DNA of 64,000 nucleotides from Harriotta raleighana (GCA_050575255.1 JBNZDD010013628.1:839396-903395); one strand, 5' to 3'. Positions 1 through 13,189 are shown, counted from the stretch's first letter. Notes: generated by a model from the letters alone, not told the origin. Numbers and translations are program-made.

Positions 1-351
1 GTTAGTTTTATATCAAGTACCATGAAGTTGAAAGGGTAGTTTTATTCAGTTTCATGTCCATTGTGCGTACTGACAGCTGATTTTTTTTGTGTGCTTTTGC
101 AAATGATTCACAATTGAATGAAAGAAAATGATGTGGTCAATATGTACATCATTTAACAGCTGTTTACTGATACAGTGTGTTATAATAATAATCAGTCATT
201 ACTTTGGGTATATTATAGCAGAATCATTACAGCAACTCACAGGCACACCAGTCAATATGGCTCATCAGCAGGACTCAGTCAAGACTGGTCCTGAAGGGCA
301 GGATTTCTTCCAAGTTGATTCTTGTTAACCCTGCACACAACAATGATTTTA

Positions 352-830
352 AATTTATACGTCACTTTTCATGTCAGGAGGACATCTTAAAATGAGTTAC
401 ACAACTAACTGGGTGCCCAAACCATTGAGAAGGGGGTCAAGCTACGAAGGGGAGAGTTGTCTGAAAGCATGTGAAGAGAGAGAGGTGTTAAGGCAGAGCT
501 TGAAAGTGGAGAAGGAGTGGGTAAGATGGAGGGACTCTGGGATTGGGTAAGATGGAGGGACTCTGGGATTGGGTAAAATGGAGGGACTCTGGGATTGGGT
601 AAGATGGAGGGACTCTGGGATTGGGTGCAGACAGAGTGGCTGAATGCTCACCTATTGATGGTAGTGTGCAGTGAGTGGCAGACATGAAGCAGGCCAGTGT
701 GTGCTCAGCTGTCTCAGTGTTAGGTCACAGGCAATTGCAATGGTAGGGAGTGGGTTGAGGCCATGGAAGCATTTGAAAATGAAGAGAAGAATTTTTAATT
801 TAATACACTTGGGAATGGGGATTTATTAGA
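352..830 (-). mobile_element. Decayed L2-clade LINE 3' fragment
   Basis: Reverse-complement L2 tail (ttttcatgtcaggaggacatc) at ~365-387, followed by purine-rich antisense of the L2 ORF2 C-terminal region. Confidence 0.7.
519..626. repeat. Minisatellite, 4 x 26 bp (GGGTAAGATGGAGGGACTCTGGGATT)
   Basis: Units at 519, 545, 571 and 597; one substitution in unit 3. Confidence 0.95.
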
Positions 831-871
831 GCCTTGTGATGCTGTGGGCTGATGAGCTCACATGAGATAGG

Positions 872-927
872 AACAACAACAACAACAAAATTACATTTAT
901 AAAGCGCTTTTCATGTCAGGAGGACGA
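872..927 (-). mobile_element. Solo L2 3' tail (~55 bp)
   Basis: (AAC)n-aaaattacatttataaagcgcttttcatgtcaggaggacg, the reverse complement of the tail on longer L2 copies. Confidence 0.85.
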
Positions 928-959
928 CCGAAGTTGCTGAACAATTAGGTCGCAGGAAG

Positions 960-1110
960 TAGGCTTCTGGAAGGTCTGCAAGTTATAAGGGGAGGAGATA
1001 GAGAGTCTAATGAGCAGTACTTCAACTTGGACATGGTGAAGATGTGAATGAGGTGTCTCAACAACCTGAGAAGAAGAGGTGGTGGTGAAGGCTGGCAATG
1101 TTATGGAGCT
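960..1110 (-). mobile_element. Decayed L2 ORF2 fragment
   Basis: Antisense similarity to the 'IARLR..L...ETLVHAFVTSRLDY' region of other L2 copies in this window. Confidence 0.55.
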
Positions 1111-4100
1111 AAGGGAAAGAAGTTACTGTAAAGTACAAACAGTGTGGAGCACTTTCCACTTTTTTTATTTCAGCTAGGCACACTGCACACAACTGAATGT
1201 TCATACAACTGCAAAGTTCAAACAATAAGATTTTAGTTTTGTGTCCTGCTTGCTTTAATTTGAAATTATTACTGCAGCGATAACTACAGAGTGGTTAATG
1301 AAGATCAAATACCTCTGCCAGCTTTTCAGACACAATAATGTTATGAACCTTTACCATAATTGTAAGTGCCTTTATCTTTACACTATGTCCTTGAACATTG
1401 CATGATATTAATAAGTTGCATTACTGTTGCAGGTCCTTCACCTTCTGGCTACATCGGAATTCACAAAACTCAGTACAGATATTTCATCAATTAAATAAAC
1501 TATCACCTTAGAATCACCATTTCTCTAATAAAACAACAGTAACTTATATCCGTAGGTAATTTGACATCATTTATATTAATCAAGGATTCCATCATTTTTA
1601 GGATCTCCCCCATTTGTATGATAAAATCGCCTTTATGAAAGGTCAATGCACTAAACTCAATAAGTTAAACTGGGCACCATTTACAGATGACACATTTTGG
1701 TGGTTTAAAGGCCTGTAAGACATAAGTGAATAGACTGGATTTGTTAAAATGCTGTCTGATGAGAATTTAGTCTCCAATTGACCTGCTATTCAAAAATCTA
1801 GAATTTTGTAGATATTTACGATAAGCAGCGAGGGTGTGTAGGGTGGAGGAAGGTGACTGTAAGTATGATCAAAAATAAAGGCCTTCAAAAGATTTTCCCA
1901 CCACAACAGAAATGCACATTATTGAGTGTCATCCTTTTCTTTTACACAATTGATTGCTTTGAATTCCTATTGATTTCCATTGTCCAGGCTCGCCCAAGAA
2001 GCATGACCACTTAATAGAGAACTACTGACATGTCTGGAATCTTGCTCCAGTAACAAGTCCATACCTTCATTGGAAAATAAAATTGCCTCACACATAACAA
2101 AACCAGAATATAATTACACCCAATTTTAGTTAATGAATATGAATCTGACTGATATATTTAAGGAGGTCTTTATCACATCTATCTGACCTGGACTATTCCT
2201 CTTCCGTTCTCAGTTTAATTCTTCTTCTGTACATTAATAATCTTACACGTGGGATCAGGCTATTTGAGAGTAGCTACTTCAGAATCATGCTCCTCTCAAG
2301 ATACAATCATTTGGACCACTTCCTGGATATTTTGGAGCTCAAAATGAAAATGTATTTACATAGTTGATGTGGTCAACTAGCTTGGGGACCTCATGCTTTT
2401 ATACACTTTAAGACAGTCCAAATGAGCGATGGTTGGTCTAAGCAGCAGTTGTTTAGGGTTCATGAAAATGGCAGCATTTAGCCATTTGGTGGGATCAGGT
2501 AAGTTAAAAGTTGATGATAAGTTATAGTCCATTCAATGGTCACAGGAAATTTAGGACAAAGGTCACATCTGTTCTGTTATGGATAATCTGCTTCTCTAAG
2601 GGTTGGGTATGGAACATTGGTCATAATTTATTGTGTGTTTCTGTAACTAATTTACTTGCTTATTGTGAACAGTGCCTGGTAATTATTTTACATATTAATC
2701 CTTACATCATTTACAATATTCACATTAATTAGAGTCCAAGTTGAAATCCGGAGTGAGATTGGCTCAGTTGGGAGCACTCTTCAGCTGTAAGGTTGATGGT
2801 ACTTTGAGCCTTTTTTTGCTTAGTAGTGTCTGACACATTCAAAAAGCATCACTATACTTAAGAATATTCAAACAACATTGAGAATTCCATGCATCTCATC
2901 TACATATGGAAATTTCAGTTGTATTGGAATGGAATGTGCACTCTTCCTGGAGAGATGCACCCTGGTCATCTAATTTTTAAGCGTATTAGCTTCAGGCTGG
3001 AAAGAGTCAAGGCTTGGGGACCCCTGAGTGTGGGTACTGATGGCATTTTCATCTAGACAATTTAGAGTCCAATGTCATGTGATTTCGGATATCCTCCTGA
3101 TATGAAAGGCGTATTTAAATGTAAATTGCATTGAAAATTGTATTATACTAATGTGTGTCAGAAGACTACCCAATGGCCAACATAACGGTCATAATCAATT
3201 AGTTTTTCACCTGAGATCCCAAAATATTCAAGTAGGGGGTTACCAGCAAGTATTAATACCAGGAGCATTGAGAACATGTTCGGTATTTCTAGTGCCTTGC
3301 ATGGGATCAACAACAATAAATTACATTTGTATAGAGCCTTTAATGTCAGGACGAGGTCCCAAAGTGCTGATCAGCTAATAGCAAAGTATAATCAATTGAA
3401 CTGCTTCCTCCAAAGCCAACCCACTATGGATATCTTCAAGGTAGAATTCAGCTCAAGGACAATATTTGGAGAAATACTGAGAAAAAAGGCACGTTTACTT
3501 AAAACCTAATTGCAATACAGACAGAATTGGATATTGGTCTTATCATCAGAGTTGGAAGTTAGAAGGCCGTATTCTGTGCTCAGCTACATCTATGGGCCAA
3601 TGAAATTGTTTGTCGTCCCGGTTTTGTACATACCTCCTGTCTTTCACAATACAACCTTTGTTGCAAGGATTACTATTTTTATTATTGCTTAATTGGTTTA
3701 TTTCAACTTTCTGGCTATATCTGACTGTCAGCTGAAATTTAGTTTACAAGTTAAAATAAAATTAATTATTCAATGGACTCATTGATCAGATGAATGTGGA
3801 CTCAAGAGACTCAAGACAGCCAAATTTATAGACTAAGAGTAGGTGAAAATGAAGTCTTTTTCCAATGTACATTGAAAAACTTTGGACTCCAAATTGAATA
3901 CTTGTGATGCATGACCATGGATCTTGTCAAGACTCAAAGGACCATTATCCTTTCCATCACCTCAGCTGTTTGGGAGGACTTGCATGTGACCTCTCTCATA
4001 GGCCATCAGATTTTGGCAGGCTCTTGGCAAGAGGTCAAGTCAATTAATAACAAGAGCGGAAACATTTGCAAGGATGATTATGAGTGTAACCAGTGAGCTT

Positions 4101-5239
4101 CTACAATATTTACTCCATGTAGCTTACTTTTTTTTTCCACCAAGAATAACCTTTCTTTTCAATGGTTTCTCTGTAAATGAAGACAATCCATCTCTCGTAT
4201 CCCGTCAAGTATAATGTCTACTGCTCAGGCTTAGTGTTTAGCTTCCAATCCTTCCACTTACATATGGAAGCACTCTGTTCCCCAGCCAGATGATGGATGG
4301 TCACCTGCCATTCTAGAAGCAGCCTGTTTTTTTTTCTAAATGAGGCCACACTGGATCTCACCAATCACATGAATAATTTAATAGATTATATGTGATCTGT
4401 AAACAATTATAGCCACATGACTTAGTCAATAGAAAACAGGAGAAAATTCTCTATCACATAAACAGTTACACTCATGAGTCACTTAATGGACCACATGGAG
4501 CAATTATGTTGTCAGTTAGAATAACAGCTGAGCGGAATTTGTCTCATTTTAGCTGGAAACCTCCTCAGTTTTCTGCAGTTCTTGGCACAATCTACCATGT
4601 CTCAGCTGATTTTAGATCTGAAATGAATAACCATGCAGATTTTAGTGAAGTGTCTGTATACATAAGGCTTGATTAAAATAAAACATATTTGGGGAGGAAA
4701 AATGGGGAATTGTATGAATGAAGAATTATCAGGTTCTTAAGGCGAAACTTAGCTGTAAAATTAAACATGTACATTTTCAGGTTTATGGCAAGTTTGTGGG
4801 GGTGATAGGTTTGGCAGGATGGGAGTACATTAGAGAAGAATCATTGTGTATCTGTTTTAAACACAAGCAAGTGAAGAAGCTGGAACTGTTGCTCAAGTAC
4901 ACAATAAAGACTAAATCAATGCAATTATTACATCTTTCATTTGGAATATTAACACTGACAAGGACTGGTTGGGCCAAATGGCTTGTTGGGTGGTCTAGTT
5001 CATATAGAAACATGCTAGAAAGAGATTTGCTGTAGGCAACCTCTACAGCAAATACAGTATGTACATGGAGAGCTTCACTGTAGGTACATGTAACAGATAA
5101 AAATTATTGGATTCCTTGGATCTGAAGATGAATTAGATGCTGAGACTGAGATTTATAGTAAGAAGTAAGTACAGTATACACAAATGATGAGTTTGAATGT
5201 GTTCATGCGTTGAATGTGCAGCTGTTGAAAGGATAGAAG

Positions 5240-6050
5240 GTGGTTGCCAAACTAATGTGGGGTATAAAGGAAGGAACTGCTCTTTGGTTGAGGAGCAGAT
5301 ATAAGAGGATACTGAGAAATCTGATATCCTAAATGAGATTAGAGAGACAAGTGATGAGGGACAAGCTGAGAAGAAAATCCTAAAGGTTGATGGGCTGGTA
5401 GGAGCTAACCAGATGAACATTGTCAAAGAAAATTCAATAGAGAGCATTGTGGATGGTGTATTTTGTAGAGATGATTACATGAATAAAGATGGAAAAAGCA
5501 CTTCAGAGGGAAAACTATCATGGAAAGTGATGTTGGAATATAAAAGGTGCTTATCCAGTTATATAGAGCACTAGTTAGACCTCATTTAAAGCATTAAATT
5601 CAATACTGGATATCCACTCATTGCAAAGCTAAATTATCCTTGGAGGGTGTCAAACAATGGTTCACTAGATTAGTACTGGTCTGAAAGGGCTCAGCTATGA
5701 TAAGAGGTTTGATAAAATGGAATTACACTCCCCAGAGCTGGTGATGTTAGGAGGTGATTTGATTGAGGTATTCAAAATAATTAAAGGAATTGACCAGTTA
5801 GATAGTGAGCAACTCTTCCCTTTGATAGAGGGATCCATTACAACTGGATATAAATGTTATTGGCAGAACTAAAACAGTTTGAACTCTGTCTTCATACAGA
5901 GAATTGGGATTAAAAAGCAGAATGCTCTTCCCTGCCCCAGTAAGCTTTAGAGGCAGAACAAATAGGGATTTTTAAATAAGAAAGACAGTTGTAATGGATC
6001 CCTCTATAAAAGGGAAGGGTATTAAAGTTATTCAAGAGGTATTAAAGGGG
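5240..6050 (+). mobile_element. Old CR1-clade LINE fragment (ORF2 C-terminus)
   Basis: Degenerate matches to CR1 motifs: tatagagcactagttagacctcattta (LVRPHL), ctcagctatgataagaggttt (LSYE.RL), ggaggtgatttgattgaggtattcaaaataattaaagga (GDLIEVFKIIKG). Confidence 0.75.
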
Positions 6051-6174
6051 TATCATTTTGGAAGCTAAGGACAACCCCATACTCCTTTTTTCTTCCATCA
6101 ACCAACTCCTATAACTGCCCTTCCAATGGCTCTGCCATCCTTGCCTCCAACACCAAATGTAAAGAGACGAGTGG

Positions 6175-7086
6175 TCAATTTCCACCTGTGTTCAGATGAC
6201 ACCCAAACTTTATCTCGCCACCTCCACTCTTGACTGCAGGACTGCTGATGAGCTGGCTAATTGTCTGACATCAAGGCCCGGATGACAGCCAACTTCCTCC
6301 AGTTCAATCTTGCCTCCTCACCTCAGTCGCTAATACTATCACCATTCATGGCTGCAATATTCACCTCCCTGAGCCAATCCAAAACCTTTGTGTCCTTTTC
6401 GATCCTCAGCAATCCTTAAAACCCCACATTTGTTCCTTGACTCGATCTGCTTTTTCACACCTTCACAATAATGCACTCCTTCGCCACTGTCTCTCACCAC
6501 AGGCTGCGAGACCATGATCATGCTTTCATTATGTCCCAACTTGACAACTACACCTGCTCATCTGACTTCCAAATTCCTCCTCCTGATAAACTCCATATTA
6601 TTCAGAACTCTACAGCTTGTGTCCTCTCCCACTTATCATTCCTGTTCTTGCTTGTCTTCACTAGCTTCCCATTCCTCACAAAATTGAGTGAAAAACCTCA
6701 TTCTTACCTTCAAATCTCTCCAATGTCTTGCCCCTACTTCTCCAACCTCATAACACCATATCAGCCTGTCCAAGCCCACCACTCCATGAGGCACTGGACT
6801 GTTTCTGATCCCCTGCACTTCCTGTCCCACCATTGGTGGTCAGGCATTCAGCATCTCTGCCTCCACACTCTGGAACTTCATCCCGCAATCCTTTGTCTCA
6901 ACCCCGCTGTTGCCTTGATCATTTCTCATCTAACCATGGCTTCGACCATCATCCCAAACCCACCCCCTCTCGCTCCCTTCTGACCCCAAATCCAGCTCGG
7001 GTCCACAAATCTCTGATCGTCCAGCACCCCATGATATCTTTCTAACATGAAAGACTATACAAATATAATTGGTCGTTGTTGTTGTT
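6175..7086 (+). mobile_element. Decayed L2 LINE, RT motif to 3' tail
   Basis: cagatgacacccaa (DDTQ), KLHIIQNSTAC, ttcagcatctctgcctccacactctggaac, and a (GTT)n tail at ~7075-7086. Confidence 0.8.
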
Positions 7087-7540
7087 ATAGGTAAAGCATT
7101 GGGATTAAAAGATTTGCCAAGATTGAATACACTAGGGGAACAGGTTTAAATCACTAAAAAAAAAAATTATTCTCTAAGTAAATGTTGCCATGGTAAGGAG
7201 TTGGGAGGAGGGACAAAGGTGTCAATATATATCATATTGCATACAAACAATGTCATAGACAACTTATGAACTTTAGAAAGAATATAAGCAGTTGGTGGGC
7301 TCACTTAGTTCTTATTATTGACCCAGGTACAATTCAGAGTAATCAAACCACCCCATGATAATGTCTGCAACAATAACACACAATCTGACTGGGATAGGAA
7401 GCTGGGAGAGCTGGCATTCTGAAATCTATTCATAGAATCATAGAAGGTTACTGCACAGAANCCCATGATAATGTCTGCAACAATAACGCACAATCTGACT
7501 GGGATAGGAAGCTGGGAGAACTGGCATTCTGAAATCTATT

Positions 7541-8372
7541 CATAGAATCATAGAAGGTTACTGCACAGAAGGAGGCCATTCGGCCCATCGAGTCTGTGCT
7601 GACTCTCTGACNNNNNNNNNNNNNNNNNNNNNNNNNNNNNNNNNNNNNNNNNNNNNNNNNNNNNNNNNNNNNNNNNNNNNNNNNNNNNNNNNNNNNNNNN
7701 NNNNNNNNNNNNNNNNNNNNNNNNNNNNNNNNNNNNNNNNNNNNNNNNNNNNNNNNNNNNNNNNNNNNNNNNNNNNNNNNNNNNNNNNNNNNNNNNNNNN
7801 NNNNNNNNNNNNNNNNNNNNNNNNNNNNNNNNNNNNNNNNNNNNCTTCTCTGCTCTAATGGGAAAAGTCCTAACTTCTCCAGCCTGTCCTCATAGCCAAG
7901 GTTCCCCATTCCTGGAATCATTTTTGTGAATCTCCTCTGCACCCTTTCCAGTGCCTTAATGTCCTTCCTGTAGTAAGGTGCCCTGAACTGGATGCAGTAC
8001 TCCAGCTGAGGCCTAACCAGTGTTTTGTATAAATTAAGCATAACTTCCCTACTCTTAAACTCTATGCCCCTACTAATAAAGCTCAATACACCAAATGCCT
8101 TTTTTTTTACTGCCTTATCTACCTGCCCTGCTACCTTTAATGATTCGCTTACTTGAACACCCAGATCTCTCTGTACGTTCACCCCCCTTAAGATTGAGCT
8201 ACCAAGACTATATTGCCTCCTATAATTTTTCCTACCTAAGTGTATGACCTCACACTTATCCACATTGAAATCTATCTGCCACATGTCAGCCCATTCCAGT
8301 GAATGTCTGCCTGCAGTTGGTTACAGTCCTCCTCACTATTTACTACACTACCTAACTTTGTATCATCTGCAA
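7541..8372 (-). mobile_element. Relatively young CR1 LINE 3' portion (RT C-terminus plus 3'UTR), interrupted by an assembly gap
   Basis: ORF 7448..8284: WQIDFNVDKCEVIHLG...LYKTLVRPQLEYCIQF...ALERVQRRFTKMIPG; ADDTKLG at the 5' break; (ATTCTATG)-type tail. Confidence 0.95.
7612..7844. other. Assembly gap (N run)
   Basis: Run of N. Confidence 1.
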
Positions 8373-10633
8373 TTCGGCTGATTCTCTCTCAAGATCTTAT
8401 TTATCTAAACCTCTAAAATATCCTCCGAAGCATTTTTGTGCTCTGAAGGAGATCTGATATTTTGATTGCTTGTGTTTCACCATAAACCAGAAAATTATTA
8501 TACTCGAAAATAATCGTGGAGGCACTTAGATTCAGAAAATGCCTGAGAGTGAAACCATTTCCTGCAAGTGGGGGATGGGGTGTTCAGTCCCAAGTCAATT
8601 GCTAAGGTCTGTTTTTAAGCAAATGTTTTAGTAATATTTTCTGCCATGCATTAATTATTAACATTGATAGGCATCACATCTCATTGCTGCATTACACCTC
8701 CCAAACCACACAAACACATACATATCCCAAATACACACCATTCTTCAGTTCAATTCCATTCCCATTTACCAGTAGTAGCAACAGGATTTCAACTGAATTG
8801 CGCAAGTGACTTATGATTTAATTGGAATTTGGTTACAGTAGAATGAGATTCTTTTCAGGTAGCGATGTGGTCATCATCAAGAGAAACAATACCCTTTAGC
8901 AGCAGTGCAGTAACTCAATAAAATTCGGTCATTAGCAAGGCAGATATCACAATCAAGTTTGACTTATTGAGAGATAAAATAGTACTTTACACTGACCATT
9001 TATAAATCTCCATGTACTTAGAACCCAGATGATCAATGCCAGATATCAGAACAAGATTATGCGAAAGGTGATCAGCCATTGACGAGAATGTAATTTATAA
9101 TCGATAAAAGGATTACAGGTGGACTGATGAGTCTTGTCTCCGACCATTTAAAAAAGTATTCAAATGTGAACAGATAAAGCCCATGAATGGGCAGCAAATT
9201 ACTTTTGAATATGGTACATTTCAAAAAGGTTTTTCCATACTATTCGATGTGTACTGTTCTTTAAATACTGTAGTTGAATCTTGGATAAATGCAAGAAAAA
9301 GCATTTCAAGAATGTTATGCTTGGATCAGAACTTCCATGCAATGAGTGTAAATGGGAAATTTGTGTGTGGATCAGGTATGCATCTGTCCAAATGTTGTTG
9401 GTTGACTGATTATGTTTGATAACCCTGTTCAGGCATTCCACTGCATTGGGGACTGAACAGCTTTGTAGTTCCGCCAAAAAATTTCCAATGTGAAACACTT
9501 ATTAATTATTAACATTTTGTCCTTTGAAAGAAACATTTACTTCATTTATTTGTATGTTTATTTAATGTTTAATGTAGGCATGTTTACATGGTAAAACTTC
9601 AAAAGAAAGCTGCTGCACACTAACTCACTCCAAGTTGACTCTAGTCCAGTGGTTACACTGTATACAACATCAAAGTGATATTGGAGTAAACAGCTGAATT
9701 TGCGCTTTGAATTATAAAGCCTTAACGCATAATGCAGTCTGAGAATTGATCAGCTTTGCGTTTTTAAACAGACATGAAACAATTTTCTCCTTAGTAGAAA
9801 GAGAGTGCTTCAGACTCATTTAGATGATTGTCTTTAGCATCAAGAATTAATTATAAAATGACCCGTCCATATTGCGGCCACCAAATCAATATCTACTGGG
9901 AAACAATTGTATTAGCTATAAAGAATGGGTCATGTTGAGATCTGTATCAACAGCAATTTCCTTCCTGGCTTGGAACATATTTTCTGGTTTAGAATACCGT
10001 TTTGAAAACAATGCAATGCAAAAACTGAGCATTTTATCATAATATACCCAGTGCTGTTTATACAAATGAAACGCAATATCATGCAGATTTCAAGAAGCAA
10101 ATTTATTTTAGTTAATACAAAATGTTTCAATTCACAGAAAACAGCACCATGAAATGGTTTGTGAAATTTGGCTCGAAGCATGTCAGAAATATATTATAGA
10201 TCTTATAATTTTTGTTAAAGCTTAACAAATATTTCACCATACAAAGGTTTTTGTGAATCATTACATCAGGCACTTTGTTTCCTTAATAATAAGTGGTGCA
10301 TTCAAGTAAATTTGCTTCCACGTAATAAAATATTGATTAATCCACTTCTCCATTCGGTTATCTTAAAAAGATTTATTTATTTTATTTATTTATTTATTAT
10401 ATGATACAATGAACCTGATATTTCTGATTATATTTAACAGAAAAGAGAAAAATATGATTCAATAGATTTTTAATAAAATACTGTACTGACAAAAGTGCAT
10501 GAAAACCAAATTCATGTTTGTGTGCAGTGCAATTTAATAAGTGTTCAAGAAAAGTATCTAATTATTTAGCTTTGGCAAATAATGAGTAATATTTCTGAGG
10601 GAACAAACTAACGAACCAATTAACCAACCAACC

Positions 10634-11266
10634 AACCAACAACAAAATTACATTTATAGAGCGCCTTTCACTTCGGGAAGACATCCCAAGGCGCTGAACA
10701 GTCAGGTCGGGACCCGAGCAAGGCGGCCTGATAGTAGGGAGAGGAGGGTTAGAGATAGGATGGAGAATAGTTAGTAGGGTGACAGGAGGTAGGATTGAAG
10801 AAGAGGATCTTGAGATCGGCCTTGAAGAAGGAAAGCGAAGAAACGAGGTGAAGGGATTATGGAATGGAGCTCCAGAGTGTGAGGACAAAGAGGCTGAAAG
10901 CTGGTCCACGAATGGTAGGGTGGGTTGGGCGGGACATATGGAGCACATCAGAGCCTGCTGAACAGAGGGTTGGAGAGATGGTGGGGCGGGGGGGATGAGG
11001 ATGAGGAGGCGCTGACGCAAGCCAATCAGGAGGGCCTCAGTCTTGTGGATATTCAACTGGAAAAAGTTGTCCCTCATCCAGGACTCGATGTCAGACAGGC
11101 AGGCAGTCAGGATTCTGGTAGTGTTGGAGTTGAAGATGCAAGCAGAGAGATAGATTTGTGTGTCATCTGCATACATGTGGAAAGTTACCCCATATCTGCG
11201 GATTATGTCATTGAGGGGGAGCATGTGGAGCGTGAAGAAGAAAGGACCAAGAACAGAGCCCTGAGG
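10634..11266 (-). mobile_element. Internally deleted L2 LINE with RT core
   Basis: PQGSVLGP...[10 protein letters not shown]...CLSDIESWM...[12 protein letters not shown], then a jump to the 3' end and tail. Confidence 0.92.
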
Positions 11267-11409
11267 TTTCAACCAAATAGCATGATAACAATTCAAGCAT
11301 TGCAATTACAGCCATACAGGTTCTTTTCAATGGATACGGTTCTAAGGTCCTATACAAATGTAATTTTTTTGCTTTATTTGCAGATATACAAAACATTTTT
11401 ATTGATCAA

Positions 11410-11772
11410 GCCTCAGTATGGTCTCCACTGCCTAGCTCCCCCCATCTCTGCGACCTCCTAATTTCCTAACAACTTGTTCGCTCTCTCCTCTCAGCAGGCT
11501 GCAGCCTGCTTCACATTCCCCCTTCACCCGCAGTAGTGCCTTCAGCCAATCTGCCCCCACCATCTGGAACTCCGTCTCACAGTTCCTCCTCCTCACCCCA
11601 TCCCTTGCCTCCTCGAAGACCCAGCTCAAGGCCCTCCTTTTTGATCAACCTCCTTTCCCCTTCCTGCCCTCCACTCTCTAAAATCCCAACCCCTAGCTCG
11701 GGTCCAAAATACTGTCTGTCAGTACCTTGTTACATCCTGCCGACTTGAAAGGCGCTATACAAATGTAACTTT
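11410..11772 (+). mobile_element. L2 3' fragment
   Basis: gccttcagccaatctgcccccaccatctggaac ... gaaaggcgctatacaaatgtaac tail. Confidence 0.8.
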
Positions 11773-11950
11773 GATAAAAACTGCTGCATTGTGCAGCTTC
11801 CAGGAGCACAGATCAGAGTTGTCCTTTCCTCAACACAGTTTCCACTTAGTCTTCCAGTCCCCAGAAACTCTCAGTCTGGTTTGGATTCTCTTAAGTTTGA
11901 CGAAAGGTTTCCATAAGTCAGACACTTGGCTGACCAAAGTAATAATTATT

Positions 11951-12002
11951 ACAACAACAACAACTTTGATTTATCTAGCGCCCTCCATGCTGGACGGCGT
12001 CT
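11951..12002 (-). mobile_element. Solo 3' tail of the second L2 lineage (type A)
   Basis: Reverse complement resembles the tail at 16335-16390 (ggagggcgctagataaatcaaagttgttg). Confidence 0.8.
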
Positions 12003-13189
12003 GGATTACCTATCCCCATGGTTGCATTCAGCCTCAATGTTCGCTGCCTTACATCGATGACATTGAAAAGCACAAATCAAGGAAGAGTTTTTTTTAAAAC
12101 ATCTTTCCCCCCAAAAGCTCCTTAATAACTACCCATATGTGCTGCATCTCAGCCAATATGTGTGGGTGTTATACAAGGGTTATCAGCCAAAGTTTGAGGC
12201 TATCACTTTTGTGCCAATTAAGCAACTCTTAGATTACGATTGGAAGCCCAGAGGTCCTCAAAATATAAGAGACATGCGCTGGCCCTGGAAACTGGCTTTG
12301 GACATACAATGGCATAGCCACAACTGTCCCCGAGCACCTGAACATTCATGCTGTAAAAGCCTTTCCTTCTTAGCTAAGATAGGGGATTGAAAGACAGTGA
12401 TTTGATTGTAACGTATGTACAATCTATTACACTACATGCCTTGTGTTGTCGTGCTTGATGAAAAGGTTCATTCTTGGCTGTGACGGTCTGTGGGACATGA
12501 CAGGGATCGGTTTGCTAATTTAATTCCCACTTCACTCTATGAAGTAGATCCTGGTTTCTTAACTCATCTGTCTGGCAATACTTAAGGTTGCAACCAAATA
12601 GATTGCTCTAATTACTAAAGCCTGCTGCTTTGCTACCAGTAAAAACAAAGCTGGTTTGTGCAAGTCATGCTTAAAATAAAGCAATACAATGTACCTGCTG
12701 TTAGTAAAGGTGCAGCTTCCCAGTATTGCAGTCTCAGACCTTATATAGTTAGCAGCCCTGTAATACCAAGCTGAGCCCTTGTCTTATAGTCAATCAAACA
12801 TGATCGTTATGGTTGTGGTTGATGGGTGAATTAGTCATCTGGGAATCACACAATAAAACACAGACAGTTGCAAGAGACAGATCTTGTGAAATCTCTAAAT
12901 TACTTGTGCATTTTCAGTAACTTGTGAAATCACCGTGCCACTTTGATTTAAACACGACAGCCTTACAATTAGGGATTTAATACTGCTTGTCCCTCCTTGA
13001 ACATTTGACAATTAATGTATTGATAAAATTCAGTCCAGACATATAATACTACAATAATAAAGACAAGATTATAGACAGTGATGAAAAGGGAATCAGTCAT
13101 TATTGAGGCGGTTTGGACAGATTTAAAGCAAGCAAAAGTGAATCTCATATTGAGGAAACGTGGTCCAACCATACCTGGCAACTGCAAAC

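Noticed and set aside
519-626. CRISPR-like array
   Set aside because: Head-to-tail repeats with no spacers, in vertebrate DNA
3770-4020. Possible RTE-type LINE 3' remnant
   Set aside because: Similarity is too faint to support by eye
7352-7570. 109-bp direct duplication including the CR1 tail
   Set aside because: The copies are joined by a single N (7461) and differ by two substitutions, typical of unmerged heterozygous contig ends
9124-9150. CTGATGA-GTC...GAC hammerhead-like start
   Set aside because: No GAAA core or stem I partner follows
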